Shown: piece by piece, positions 36,965 through 48,850 of the stretch
Layout of the letters: each line of letters begins with the position of its first letter
Numbering within the stretch: position 1 is the stretch's first letter
Assembly: GCA_026025795.1 (NCBI GenBank)
Contig: JAPEUG010000034.1
Coordinates: 1-64,000, forward strand
Direction of reading: 5' to 3'
Source of the DNA: Thelocarpon superellum
Taxonomy: Eukaryota
DNA: 64,000 nucleotides
The notes under the pieces: generated by a model
Database searches by the model: none
Told to the model about the DNA's origin: nothing
What the model saw: only the letters and a program-made list of their open reading frames with translations
Translations under genes and position numbers: made by a program

Positions 36965-38429
36965 ATGAATTACCAAAACGGCTACCATCCGCCCGGCTTC
37001 GCGACCCCACAGAATGTCAATGGCGCCCCCCCCGGCTTCGACGGTCCGCCGCGCCTCTCGGTCCAGCAACAGATGCTGCAGCAGCAGTTGCAGCAGCAGC
37101 AACAGCAGCAACAGGCACAAGCGCAACAGCAGCTCTTCCGACAACACCAATTCGCCCAGGCCCAGGCCCAGGCCCAGGCTCAGGCGCACGCCCATGCTCA
37201 GGCCCAGCAACAGTTTGGCCCGATGGCGGGCGCCAATCTCGGGGTCGGGCCGGGTCCGGCGGGTCCGGCGGGTCCTGGCGGGCCGATGATGCATGCCGCC
37301 ATGCAGCAGCAGGGCCCGCCGCAACAGCAGCAGCCGGCGCCGCTACCGCAAGCGCCGCCGCAGCAAGTGCCGATGGGAGGTGAGCAACGCGCCGGGCGCC
37401 GGGCGTGCGGACGAGACTGATGCAAGATGATTTGGCTAGGTCACCAGGGTCCGTATCCCACCGCGCCCTTCGCCCCGCCGGGTATGCCGAACTCGGCGAC
37501 GTCCATGCCCCCACAGGCGCCCATGCATCGCACGTCCTTGTCGCCGGCCAAGCAGGAGTCCCCGCAAACGCCCCAGCCTCGACCAGCGGCGCGGCAAATG
37601 TCCGGTCCACAGGTCCCCCCCGCCGCGCCCATCAGCCCGCCGGGCAAAGCGCCGGCAAACGCACGGGGCGCGGTGCAGGCGCCACTGTCGCCGTCGGCCA
37701 AGGCGCGCGAGAAGGAGCGCATCTCGTTGCTACTCCACATCAATGGCGAATTGCTCAAGGAGGTGGTCAAGCTCCAGGGCGAAGGCAAGGCAGGTGTCAC
37801 CGCGGCAACGCCAAATACCTCTGCCGGTCAGACCTCACCCACGCAGGAGAATGGTGAGATCAAGAAGGAGGCTCATGACGGCGAGGCGTCCAAGGAGAAG
37901 AAAGCCGTGCATCCCGAGTTTGTCGAGTGAGTGCTCCTGCACTCTGAGAACGCTCCCGCTCCCGCTCCTTGCTCACACTCATGCTTCTGACTACAGGTGC
38001 ATGCGTCGTCTCCAAGCTAACCTGGCCTACCTGGCTTCCATCGCCGACCGGGCCCACAAACCCGCCTCGCAGATTCTTGCCTCCCCGGCCATCATGACGG
38101 CGCCTCAAAAGGTGCCGGGCATGGTGGAACCCTATCGGAAGCTAACGGTCTTGTTCGCCACGAATCCGGCGGCGAAGACGAACTCAGCAACAAGCGCAAC
38201 ATCCGGTCCGCCCGCGATCCCTCCCACCAGCGGCGCCATCAACCAAGACCCGGCATGGTCCCAAACGCCGCCGTCGGAAAAGAATTACAAGCAGTGGCTG
38301 GAAGAGATGGGCAAGCCACCGAATGAGCACATGACACCACAGTCGGTGCCGCTCACGCAGATGCAAGCACAGCAGATGCAAGCCGCCCGACAGAATGCCG
38401 TCTACCACAGCGTGAACCGGACTGAATAG
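36965..38429 (+). CDS. Gln/Pro-rich nuclear protein with SS18/SSXT (SNH)-like helical domain (3 exons)
   Basis: PolyQ/QA N-terminus; ERISLLLHINGELLKEVVKLQ and spliced EFVE-CMRRLQANLAYLASIAD, resembling the SSXT motif LQxNLxYLAxxAD. Confidence 0.7.
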
Positions 38430-39001
38430 GAATGGGCGTCTCGGAGCGGTAAGGCATCTTCCTGCTGTGGTGTCCTTCATTTTCCCCTGATCGTGGAGTC
38501 TGGTTTGGACGGGCCGCCCAGCGATGCCCCCATCACTTGTCTCTCTTCTCCTGTCTCTTGCATACGGTCACTCGCTCGCTCGCTCGGTCTCCATTACCGT
38601 CAGATCGAGTCGGCGTCGGCGAGGGTGATACTACGCGGTATGCGGAACACGGCGCGTGGACCGGATGGGTGAAGTGATTCTTCCCTGTATGCTATAGGTA
38701 AAATAGATTAGATTTGGATCAATGAAGGAGGTGGAGATGGATATGATGTGGACATGACTGGAGTCTTGGTGCTGGAGGCACCACGTATTCGTCCTTCATC
38801 CTTGGTACTTTCCCTACCGACCGTTTTCACTCTGACGAGACGCTCGGCAAGTGCCGGATTGCCCGCCATCAGGTATCTTGTTCTCAAGACCCGACAAACG
38901 TGGGAGAACGAGCCTGTAAAAGAGGATTGCGGCTTCCAGAAGATGGAACCAGAATTCCCCACAGAAGCCCTCGGATCCCATCAGTGAGCAGACCCACCAG
39001 C

Positions 39002-40485
39002 ATGGCTCCGACCGCCCCGCCGCCAGCCGCGGGCCCCGCACTCCCTCCCGCGCTGGCCGAAATCCGCAATGGCAGCGTGGACGAGGTCGTGCGTTCCATG
39101 AAACAGCATCCTTTTTTCATGACGTCGCAGGACGAGATCGACTCCGGGAGCAACCGAGGTCCCCACCGGGACGGCAGTGGCGGCCAGGAGAGCAATGCCG
39201 GCGAGCAGGAAGATAACGTGGCGCTAGAGGCGTTGAAAGCCCTCGCATATGAAGGCACGCGGTATGAAATCGCCGAGAACTTTCGCCAGCAGGGGAACGA
39301 ATGTCACGCCGCGAGAAAGTGGGCCGATGCCGTGCGGTTTTATACCAAGGGATTGGATGCCTTGAGGGCGCGAGCCGGGGAGGGACAAAGACATGACGAG
39401 GAAAACGCCACGGAGGAAGAGCGGAAGGAGACGGACGGGGGAAAGATGGCGGAGACAGAGAGGGAGAAGGTCGACACGCTCGTCGACGCCCTTCTTCTCA
39501 ATCGCGCAGCTGGCAATCTTCAACTTCGTAAGATTTGCCCTCCGTTCGCTCTTCTCCCATGTCTTCGTCCTGGGACTCGCAACTGATCATGGATAAACGT
39601 GCGGTAGAAAACTACCGAAGAGTCATCAACGACACCTCCGTCGTCCTCTCACATACCCCCACCTCCACTAAAGCCAGCTATAGAAGGGCACAGGCGTATC
39701 TCGCCCTCTCCCAACCGTCGTCCGCTCTCTCCACCCTCGCCGAGGTTATCAAACATCATTCGATGCCGCAAGCACCACCAGCACTCCTCTCCCTTCGTGA
39801 CCGCGCGCAGAAACAACTCCAGGACCAAGAAGTCCAAGCCGCAGCGACGGCTAAACGGCTAGCAGAAGAGCAAGCGGCTGCTCGAGCACTCCAAGCGGCC
39901 TTGACTCGCCATGGGATCCGCACGTCCTCATCCACCTCCTCCCCATCCGACACAACACCCATCACGGACCTACCCGACGACACGAAGATGCATCTAGCCT
40001 CACCGCTTGACCCCTCTTCCACCCTCTACATCCCCACACTACTCATCTACCCGCTCACGGGCCAAACAGACCTCATCAAAGCGTTGGACGTCGACTCGGC
40101 CGTGTCGTCGCATCTGGAGTATATTCTCCCGCCGCCCTGGACGTCGTCGCTTGGTCCTGCTGACGGCGAGTACACTCCGGGCACAGTTTCATGTTACTTG
40201 GAGACATTCAGCCCTCCTCCTCCTCGTGCCTCACATAACACGGTACAGAGAGAAAAGGGTCTCATTAAAATCGGCCAGAAAGTGCCCATTCTGCAAGCCT
40301 TGCAAGGAACACAGAAGAAGAAGACCACTACGACTGCCACTAACATGAGGGGAGGAGGTGTAGAAGAAGGAGAGCGAGAGAAGAGAGTAGAGGTACAAGA
40401 CGGTATTCTCCGCATCATCGTCGTGCCCGCTTCGCGCGCAGAAGAGTGGTTGGGTAACTTCAAGCGCCGGAGGGGAGTGGCTTAG
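39002..40485 (+). CDS. CNS1: TPR-containing Hsp70/Hsp90 co-chaperone Cns1/TTC4
   Basis: HPFFMT, ALEALKALAYEGTRYEIAENFRQQGNE, LNRAAGNLQL-NYRR and C-terminal wheel-domain YPLTGQTDLIK; one intron at ~39528-39607. Confidence 0.9.
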
Positions 40486-41658
40486 GTGCCGTACTTATGC
40501 TACTCGATTCACATCCCCGCCCCCACTTCTTCCCACGCATCCTTGTACTCTCCTGAACGTGAGATCAAAATGGGTCCAATATGGGTGTGTAGTCAGCTTA
40601 TGTATATTTGGCCGATCATCGCGGACAATGTAAAAGAAGGGCAGAATAAGAGGCGCTCCTAGCAGGCTCTCCGACCTCACTTTTCACATGACCTGAAGGC
40701 TCTGCGGGTCGACAGGCATCGACTGACTGCTGAAAGGCTGCCGATCGAGCGGGTTGCTCGTGTACTGCCGCGAGTCCTTGAAGTCCGGCGGTGTACCCAG
40801 GGTGGGGCGCTCGCTGGACAATCCGAGCGTCTTTCTATTCAGCGAGTGTCTTCCCCGCCGCGAGACCAACAGTTCGGTGGCCGAAGTCAAGCAGCTAGGT
40901 AACGGTTTCCCTTCGAAATTCTATCAAAACATTTCTCTACCTAGCTATGTTCATCCTCCAGTTTGGTGGAAGCACGGCGGAGGAGAGACGGTGTGAGGCT
41001 CTCGGCGGCAGTCGGATAGAGACAAGAGTCATCACGTGAGATGCACGTGATTGATTAGCTAACTTTCCCAAGCTTCACCTATGACGAGGCGGGGTGGAGG
41101 AGGTAAAGACGGGAGCTCAAGGTGCTGAGGGATACGTAAAGGCACCACCAATTCGCGTATGATATCCACCTAAACGTTTCACCAAAAACTATAGCTAGAG
41201 CTGGTGCAACTCTACTCGGGATTTAGTGGAGGATCCCGGAATAGCAATGCATCACGGCATATCATGCGTGGCCCAGACAATGACTAATATGCTCCCCGTG
41301 TCTTCCACGACGCTTGGACTCGGCCACGTCTCAGCAGCAAAGCAAGAGATACTTGTGTAGTTCCTATCGTTCTTTTCCCCAGCGGTCTGCCGACTATGTG
41401 TTCCGGGCTCCCCCTTAGCTCGTCCGACACCGAGATAACACATCATCGGCAGATGTGCTCCCCTAAGCTACTCTCTTCCCTCAACCATCCTCAGGACATC
41501 AGGCGTCGACCTCTTGCCCTGCCACTAGCCTCATGCCCGAGACATGCCTGATCCTCCCTGTGGGTCACAGGCCATATACACGATGAGAGGGGATTAGGCA
41601 ATTGTCTGTCCGCAGCATCCGCCCATCAGGTCAGCCAGACATCACACCGACCGCCAAT

Positions 41659-43635
41659 ATGCCGCCATCCGAGCGGTCTAGATCCTGCCACCTCACCGGC
41701 ACCCTGCCCGACGACGAGGAGACCCAGCAGGTCGACGATCCGCATTCACCGGCCTTTTCCAGGCTGCCGCCTGACAGACACTGCTCCGGAGATGCGGGCA
41801 ACAGGATGCACACCGACGACCTGAAGGCAGAAGAGGGTTGGGACGACGAGCTCTCGCAATCATGCTGCTGGCACCGCATCCCCCTTCCGACGCAACGAGT
41901 GATGGGCGCGTTGGTTGATTGGGCCATGGGACCTCAGCCGGCATGGACCCACAAGATTCGTCCGGCGTTTCCACGCCTGCAGTTGGCGCTGCCACGGCTC
42001 GTGCGGAGGGTGTTTCCCACACGGAGACACCGCCTGCTCCTGCTCCTGGCCTTCTACTTTGGCTGGGTCCTGGCCTTTCGTGCGGTGGTGCATCACTCGG
42101 CTTTCCCCGGAAGTACCGTGGCGCATCAGACGCCGACGCCGGTGGGATGTGGGGCTACATACTGGAGGCGTGACAACCTCTGCGGCGTCGACGGCAATGG
42201 CTGTCGGCCATTCGCCGACAGATCCTTCATGTTTCGCTGTCCCGCCAACTGCCTCAAGCAGCGTGTGCTGAACCCTCGCTCCGTCGGCGCCCAGGAGATC
42301 GTCTACCGGCCGCTCGTCGTGGGCGGGCCGCCAGACGACCGGCTCGGGTTGGTGCAGAATTCCGTGTACAGAGGCGACTCGTTCCTTTGTTCAGCGGCCA
42401 TCCACGCCGGCGTGATCAGCAACCACGCCGGTGGATGTGCTGTAGCCAAACTCATCGGCGAGCGCGACAACTACCCTAGCACACTTCGGAACGGCATCCA
42501 GAGCATCGCCTTTGACTCAAGCTTCCCGCTTTCCTTCACGTTTGCTGAAGGAACAGCACCAGGGTGCGAAGACAGGCGTTGGCTACTGCTCGCCATATCC
42601 CTGACCTTCACCATCCTCCTCTCCATCTTCACGACCTCGCCTAGTGTCTTCTTCTTCTCAACATATGTAGGCATCTACTTTCACGTTGGACTTGCCTCAG
42701 ACCCCCCCAGCATAACCAGCGACTACTATTCTAGTCTGTCGCTGCTCCTGGAGCGCTTCCTTCCTGCCACATTCGTTGCCTTTGTGCTATATAACTATGT
42801 GGTGTACCGCTCACTGCTGCACCTGACGGCACAAGTGGAGAAGACTGTGCTGTGGCTGGGTGGGTGCTGGCTCGGTGCACTGACCAACTACACCTTCGAC
42901 TTTGTTCCAATCCAACGCTTAACAGCACACGACCTGGCGCAGCAGCCGGGAGCACGTGCCGCCCTCGCTGTCATCCTTGTGATTCTGCTCAGTGTGGCAG
43001 CTGGGCAGCTCTGGTCCTTGCGCCTAGAGGGTCGGCTGCTGCCCACTCTAGGGCTGTACACGCTTCTCGGCGTCGGGTTGGCTCTGTCGGCCGCCATGCC
43101 TGGGCTGAAGCTGCGGATCCATCATTATATTCTGGCTCTCCTGCTGCTTCCTGGGACTTCGCTGCAGACACGGCGGTCTTTATTTTACCAGGGTCTCCTG
43201 ATCGGACTGTTCATCAATGGCGTCGCGCGATGGGGGTTCGCCTCTGTGCTGGAGACACCTGCAGCCTTGCTAGGCGACGGGCGGAAGCATACGGCACTGC
43301 CGGCCATGCCCGCGCCTGAGCTGGCGCCGACCAACATTACCTTTCGCTGGCCGGACCTCTTCGAATCGTTCCCACCCATCCCACCAGACCCGGCTCGTGA
43401 TCGCAGCGCCAACGCGACTTACGATGGCCTCAGCATTCTCGTCAACGACGTTGAGCGTTATGTCGCCTACAAAGGCTACCACGCTCCTACCTTCTCGTGG
43501 CCGCGGACGCTGCCAGACAAGCCGTATTACTTCCGGTTTGGATACCTCCAGGGCAAAGTCACTGCGGACTATACGCGTGCTGGCGTGTGGACGACTAACG
43601 GCAGCTGGATTGAGCCGAACATGGGGCTGAGCTGA
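41659..43635 (+). CDS. LCCL-domain polytopic membrane protein
   Basis: FRCPANC, YRGDSFLCSAAIHAGVI (LCCL motif), multiple TM helices and LRIHHYILALLLLPGT; no intron apparent. Confidence 0.9.
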   Translation: MPPSERSRSCHLTGTLPDDEETQQVDDPHSPAFSRLPPDRHCSGDAGNRMHTDDLKAEEGWDDELSQSCCWHRIPLPTQRVMGALVDWAMGPQPAWTHKIRPAFPRLQLALPRLVRRVFPTRRHRLLLLLAFYFGWVLAFRAVVHHSAFPGSTVAHQTPTPVGCGATYWRRDNLCGVDGNGCRPFADRSFMFRCPANCLKQRVLNPRSVGAQEIVYRPLVVGGPPDDRLGLVQNSVYRGDSFLCSAAIHAGVISNHAGGCAVAKLIGERDNYPSTLRNGIQSIAFDSSFPLSFTFAEGTAPGCEDRRWLLLAISLTFTILLSIFTTSPSVFFFSTYVGIYFHVGLASDPPSITSDYYSSLSLLLERFLPATFVAFVLYNYVVYRSLLHLTAQVEKTVLWLGGCWLGALTNYTFDFVPIQRLTAHDLAQQPGARAALAVILVILLSVAAGQLWSLRLEGRLLPTLGLYTLLGVGLALSAAMPGLKLRIHHYILALLLLPGTSLQTRRSLFYQGLLIGLFINGVARWGFASVLETPAALLGDGRKHTALPAMPAPELAPTNITFRWPDLFESFPPIPPDPARDRSANATYDGLSILVNDVERYVAYKGYHAPTFSWPRTLPDKPYYFRFGYLQGKVTADYTRAGVWTTNGSWIEPNMGLS

Positions 43636-44167
43636 CCGTCTACACATACCGCGACGTGCTGTACCACATGTCATTTCCTTGGACGCCTTTAGAAGGATCG
43701 GGATCAGACTGGGGCTAAGAGGCACGAGATGCTGTGTACTGAGAAGCAACTGAAATGTAACGTAGGGAGGTGTGGGTGCGTTCGACATGGGGCCTGATTC
43801 ATTCTCCGACGCTAGAGTTCCAAGGCGTGAGTTCTGTCTGGCTTCACAGAGGGTGCCAAGAGAGGAGAGGGTGCGTCAAAAGACATGAGCGAATCTCCTC
43901 CACTGGGTAGATCAAGGAAAGACCACTTGGTAAAAGGATGCTTCGTGTAGAGACGACCGACGGATCCAACACAAGAAGGGGGAGATGAGATACAGATCTG
44001 TCAGCCCGTGGACGAACCCCTGCCGTCGAGAATCAGGCTTCCTGCCAACGTTGGCCATCCTCATCGTCTACCTTGCCGACGATGCTGAAGACGCCACCAT
44101 CCTCCACTTGTATGCGAGAGTAGCCCCATCCACTTGTTCCCGTCCACCCATCACGACACGGGCGATC

Positions 44168-44501
44168 TTACAGGGCCGCGGCGACAAGGAACGAAGCACA
44201 GGCAAGCTAGTATGAACCAAACGTCAGTCTTGAGAAACACCGCCCCTCCCGGCAAGCCGGTAGGCAGGAGCCGGGAGCCAGGAGCAGGGAGAACGCGGGG
44301 GCTCCTCACCGTGATCCCGCCCATGAGCGCCGGCGTCGCGCCGTGGCTGGCGGCTCCTTCAGGAACGAGTACACCGTTTTCGTCGTAGATCGAGTGAATT
44401 TCTGCGTTCGAGCCGTCTGCTTCGCTTCCAGCAATAGGAGCCTGAGCGGCGACGAGGCCCGCGCTCGCGACGAGGAAGGCGGCAAGAGTGGAGAACTTCA
44501 T
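44168..44501 (-). CDS. 76-aa secreted, probably GPI-anchored microprotein (2 exons)
   Basis: Exon 1 is 44501-44310, intron 44309-44207 (GTGAGG..CTGAC..TAG), exon 2 is 44206-44168. Product: MKFSTLAAFLVASAGLVAAQAPIAGSEADGSNAEIHSIYDENGVLVPEGAASHGATPALMGGITLACASFLVAAAL*. Confidence 0.8.
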
Positions 44502-44976
44502 GATTAGTATGCAGATGAGTTCTGTGCGAATCGGAAGGGGGTGCTGTGAAAACAGGGCAGAGTATGAGCTATCTTGATTGATTGATTGATTGAAAGAAAA
44601 GTGAAGCAATGGGAGGGTTTGGATGGTTCAATGATGGAGATGGGATCTTATGGGACGGGCGATATCTTAACAGGAGACACAGAGAAGGCCCTTCGGTAGA
44701 AGACGGTCGAGAGTTGTAGAAAATCTCCAACCCAATTTGTTCAACTGCATTATTATGTAGCAGTAGGATTGCCTTATGTGTGCGCATTGCGTGATTAAGC
44801 TATGAGGCAGGATTGTCTGCGCATCCTACATTAAGCACGTCGATCTATCTGGCATCTTGCATGATGGAAATGGAGGCGATTAATGTCCGGGAGGTTATGG
44901 CACTGCGGCTTTAATGCCATAGGATCACGCATTGCCCCTAGGTCTTGGCTTCATTGCCTGTAGTTCGAGCCTTCGA

Positions 44977-45012
44977 GCAGCGTGGCAGCGTGGCAGCGTG
45001 GCAGCGTGGCAG
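44977..45012. repeat. Tandem 8-mer (GCAGCGTG) x4.5
   Basis: Directly visible in intergenic DNA. Confidence 0.9.
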
Positions 45013-45192
45013 GCTCGACGTATGATGGGGCTGTGACGTGAGACTGCGGTTTCTCCTTGGCGTGGGGCCCGGACCACGGTGCGCCAGGGAGAACACGTCC
45101 CTCTCTGGATAAGTATTGTTGACTAGAGAGGTCGGAGGAGAGATCAGAGACACGATGTGACCACCGAGTGATCAGTCACATGACCTGACGCC

Positions 45193-45642
45193 TAGGGTGG
45201 CCGCGAGGTTCGGTTTATCCGGTGTCAATCGACGGTTTCCTGCAGGCTTCCCTACGGATAGGGTTTCGGTCCAGAGATTGAACCCTGAAAGCGGTTTTTT
45301 GTGTCCCATATTGCTACCAAGCAAACCAGGTTGGAGCAGCAGGTATCGCTGTAGGGAACCTCCATAAGTGACTCCAATTTTTGGGAGGCGGGACGCAGCC
45401 GCAATGATGACTAATATAAAAATCCACCCTGAAAATGACTGCTTATGTGATTCACTAGCCAGATATAGACAAAGGCATTTATGGACCAATCAGCCAGGTA
45501 GGGTCGGTATGGGTACGGGTACGGGTACGGGTATGGGTAGGCTACAAGTTGTAGCCTACAACTTACCTGCCTTATCCAACCCGGGTGTTGGCAGGTAGGT
45601 ATGGCCTCACGACCCGACCCAAGTGAACCTACGGCCACCCTA
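45193..45642. mobile_element. Degenerate ~450-bp non-autonomous TIR element (MITE-like)
   Basis: Left end TAGGGTGGCCGCGAGGTTC; right end GAACCTACGGCCACCCTA (reverse complement TAGGGTGGCCGTAGGTTC). Internal GGGTA/CGGGT/ACCCG repeats; no 8-bp TSD recognisable. Confidence 0.55.
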
Positions 45643-46023
45643 ATGGAGGGGAAGACCATACTGGCATGTTGCATGCGCGCAGTAGAAAAGAAATTGAAGA
45701 GTACGGAGTCAGTTTGTACAGTTCATCCACTATGAGAAGCCCTCTTCTTCCCACTTTCCTTGCACTGCTTTTTCAAGAAACGAACGAGAATAATGGTAGG
45801 ATTGATGATACCCTACTACCGCCCCAACGACCACGACAGCAATGCCAGCGCCACCACAGGGAAAGGGAATGACACCAAAGGGATCATCATCGCTCATCCA
45901 AAACCCGTGCCTGCTCGAAATGAGGCCCCAGCCCGAGGAGGCCGAGTTATGCCACGACTAACAAAAAGGAAAAGCGACGGCCCGACCTTTTGATCGCCCC
46001 TCCGCCTCCAGCCCCCGCGAGGA

Positions 46024-47211
46024 CTACAGGTCAAAAGTCCAACCCCCGTTGGCAATCAGCTTCTCGCGGGCCTCGGCGTCACGTCGGACCTCGTCCTGCG
46101 TCAGACGATCCTGCCCCGTCCAGTTGGCGCTGCTGGTGCGGTTCCGGAAGCGATGGTGGCGCTCCTTGTTGCGGAAGATGTCCTCCATGTGCAGGGGCGC
46201 GATCGGCCCAAAGACCCCTTCAGGGTCCACCAGCTGCTGGCCCTCGAGTTGCGACCGCAAGGCGGGTGACTGCGCCCACTCTGGCCGGACAAAGTCCCTC
46301 TTCTCGTCCGCGGAGTCGTCGGCTTCCGAGTCCGTCTCGATCTCGGGCAGTTCAATCTCCTCGCCGTCGCGAAAACGCGGAGACGATCGAGTAGCCTCTT
46401 TGGCGGGTCCGCTGGTGCTCCCCGCGCTCGGGATGATCGGTCGAGTGGCGCCGGCGCCGGCGTAGGCGTGAGCGAAGAGCGCCGGCTTGGGCGGCGCGTC
46501 TTGTGGCTGGGTCGAGCGTGAGCGCCACCGCGTCCACGACTTCTCGGAATGACTCACCTTCCGCATGCTCGACTGTCGCACTGGCGGCGGCATGGGAGGC
46601 ATCTGTCGAACGGCTTCTCTGACTTGCTGCGCTTGAGGCTGCGGCGGATGCTGCGGCGGATGCTGCGGCAGATGCCGCTGGGGTTGCTCCTCATCCTCCG
46701 TCTTACGTCGTTTGCATTGATTCGCGACATACTTACCGTGATGGTCTGGTGCATGTGCGTGTGCCGGTCCCACCGTGGCGGCGGCCCCGTCGCCTGCCTC
46801 AATCTCCATCAATCGTTTCGGCGGTCGCGCCGGATTGATCGGCGGCTGAATGACCGGTCGAATCATAGTTTCTTGCGCGGGCGCAGGCGCGTGCCCGTGC
46901 ACATGTGACGGTGGCGGTCGGACCTGTCTCGTCAGCTTCTTCCCCACATCTCCGGTATCGTGGGCCCGTCACATACATTGCTTGCGGCATTCATCTTGGC
47001 CATCGACCGCGCGGGACCCAACTCTCCACGTTGGTGGGCGGCCGTGGGCGCTGGCGCCTGCGCCCCCTTCTTCTCTACTTCCCCCGTCTGTCGACCACCG
47101 TCAGTCAATGCCACCCCAGATCTACCCATAGACACTCACGTGACTGTTGCCACCCTTGCTAGGAGCTGTCGGTGCCGCAGGCAGTGGTCGTCTCTGTTGC
47201 TGCGGCGGCTG

Positions 47212-47293
<82 letters not shown>

Positions 47294-48850
47294 TCCATCT
47301 TCTTGGCCAACTCCATGCGTCTCTTCTCAATCGCTCTTCGCTGCGCCGCCTTCTTGGGATCTTCTGCCGCTGCGGCTTGCTCACGCTCTCGTTCTCGCCG
47401 TTGACGATCCATTTGTTCCCGCGCATGTTGGTCAAGCCGGCGCTCTTGTTCTTGTTGCGCGGCACGACGTCGTTCAATCTCTTGTTCCACCTCTCGTTTC
47501 TGAATCAATTTCTTCTTGGCGTCGCGCTCCTCCTGCGAGGGGTCAGCCGAGTTTCGCACCAAGACCGTTGCTGACATGTCGCCTTACCTGCTCTTTCCTT
47601 CGCGCGGCAGCCAGCAATGCTTTGGGCTTGGACGAAACGCCACTCTTCATCGTTGCCGTCGTGCTGATGCTCGAGTTGCTTGCTTTCTTCTGCAGCGTCG
47701 GCTGCTTTGGCACCGCTGCCGCTGCCGCCGGCACTGAGGCTGGTGGCGCAAGCGAGTTTTGGAGATTGCTGGCAAGCGCCGTATTGGGCGGTGGATAGGG
47801 TGCCATCTAGCCGCGTGTTAGTCTCGAGGATAGGGAGCGGGATGATTGCCATTCAACCTTGCGATGATCAAGCTCGCGCTGTGACGCAGTCAACTGCGAG
47901 GCGGTGCCGACGCGAATCGCGATGGGGGCAGGTTTGGGCTGGACCTTGGCCGAAGCCTCCTTGCCACGCTGCACTTGCCGCTGCGCTTCCTTGGCCTTGG
48001 CCGCCTGCGTGGCAGCATGAGCCTGCGCGGCGGCTTTCTGCCGTTCCTTCTCGCGAGCCTTCTCCAGCTGCTGCTCCATCTCCTTCCTCTTTTCCTCGAC
48101 CTCCTGGTCTCGGGTTTCATGGTTGGCGGCCACGGCACTGCGGGCCATCAGATCACGGGCGGACTTCAGGATGGATGAGAGTTTGGCCTTGGGGCTATCC
48201 GGGGCTGGTCCGGACCGACCAAATTGCGACAACATGGTGATCCGATCGTGCAGCCTGGTCAACGGCTCACGGGCCGGGAGTGAGGCCAGGTTGAGGCTGC
48301 TCTTCCGCACGACCGGTCGGATGGGACTGGAGCCCTCCGACGATGACGCTCGTGACGGAGGGTCGATAGACATGGCGTCCTCCTTGTTCACCCCCGCCGC
48401 ATCCGTCGTCGTGGCCTCTGCCATGGTCACCTCCGTGGTCACCGCCGTAGCGACCGCCGTAGCCACTGCCGTAGCCACCGCCGCGGCCGGAGGGGCCGCA
48501 TCAATGTCTGGCTCGTCCGTATGAATACGAACCTCACTCCCGCCGCCCATGACCCCTCCGTCATCTGGAGGCGCCTGCACGTCCACGGGGAGGGCCTTGA
48601 GTGGCGAACGTCGTGGAGTCTTGCCGCGTAACCTGGCTGGTGTCTTCATCAACTCGACGACATTCACGATGGCGTTTTCGTCCAAGATCTCGGCCATGTG
48701 CTCGTTCAGCCAGTCCATCTCGTTGCGGACGGCCCACGAGAACTCGTCCACCTCCTGCTGCACGAACTGGGTCGTGGCCAGCCGCTCGTCGGAGATCCAT
48801 GGGCTCGAGCCCACGGCGAGCGGGGCGATGTTCGATCGTACGGGCGCCAT
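46024..48850 (-). CDS. Inner centromere protein INCENP (Sli15/Pic1-like), about 6 exons
   Basis: N-terminal FSWAVRNEMDWLNEHMAEI, ELMKTPARLRGKTP, a charged helical region and the C-terminal Aurora-binding IN-box LPEIETDSE...PEWAQSP...FRNRTSSANW. Confidence 0.9.
47218..47292 (-). repeat. Coding CAG/CAA repeat: 25 Gln including 21 uninterrupted CAG codons
   Basis: (CTG)n run on the plus strand within INCENP exon 3. Confidence 0.95.

Noticed and set aside
41031..41051. ATCACGTG-AGATG-CACGTGAT palindrome as a third copy of the 90-bp element
   Set aside because: Different spacer and no flanking similarity or TG..CA termini; at most an ordinary bHLH site pair.
24272..48850. TOP2, SS18-like and INCENP as a functional chromosome-biology cluster
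   Set aside because: They are interspersed with unrelated housekeeping genes, with no shared motif or other evidence beyond chance.
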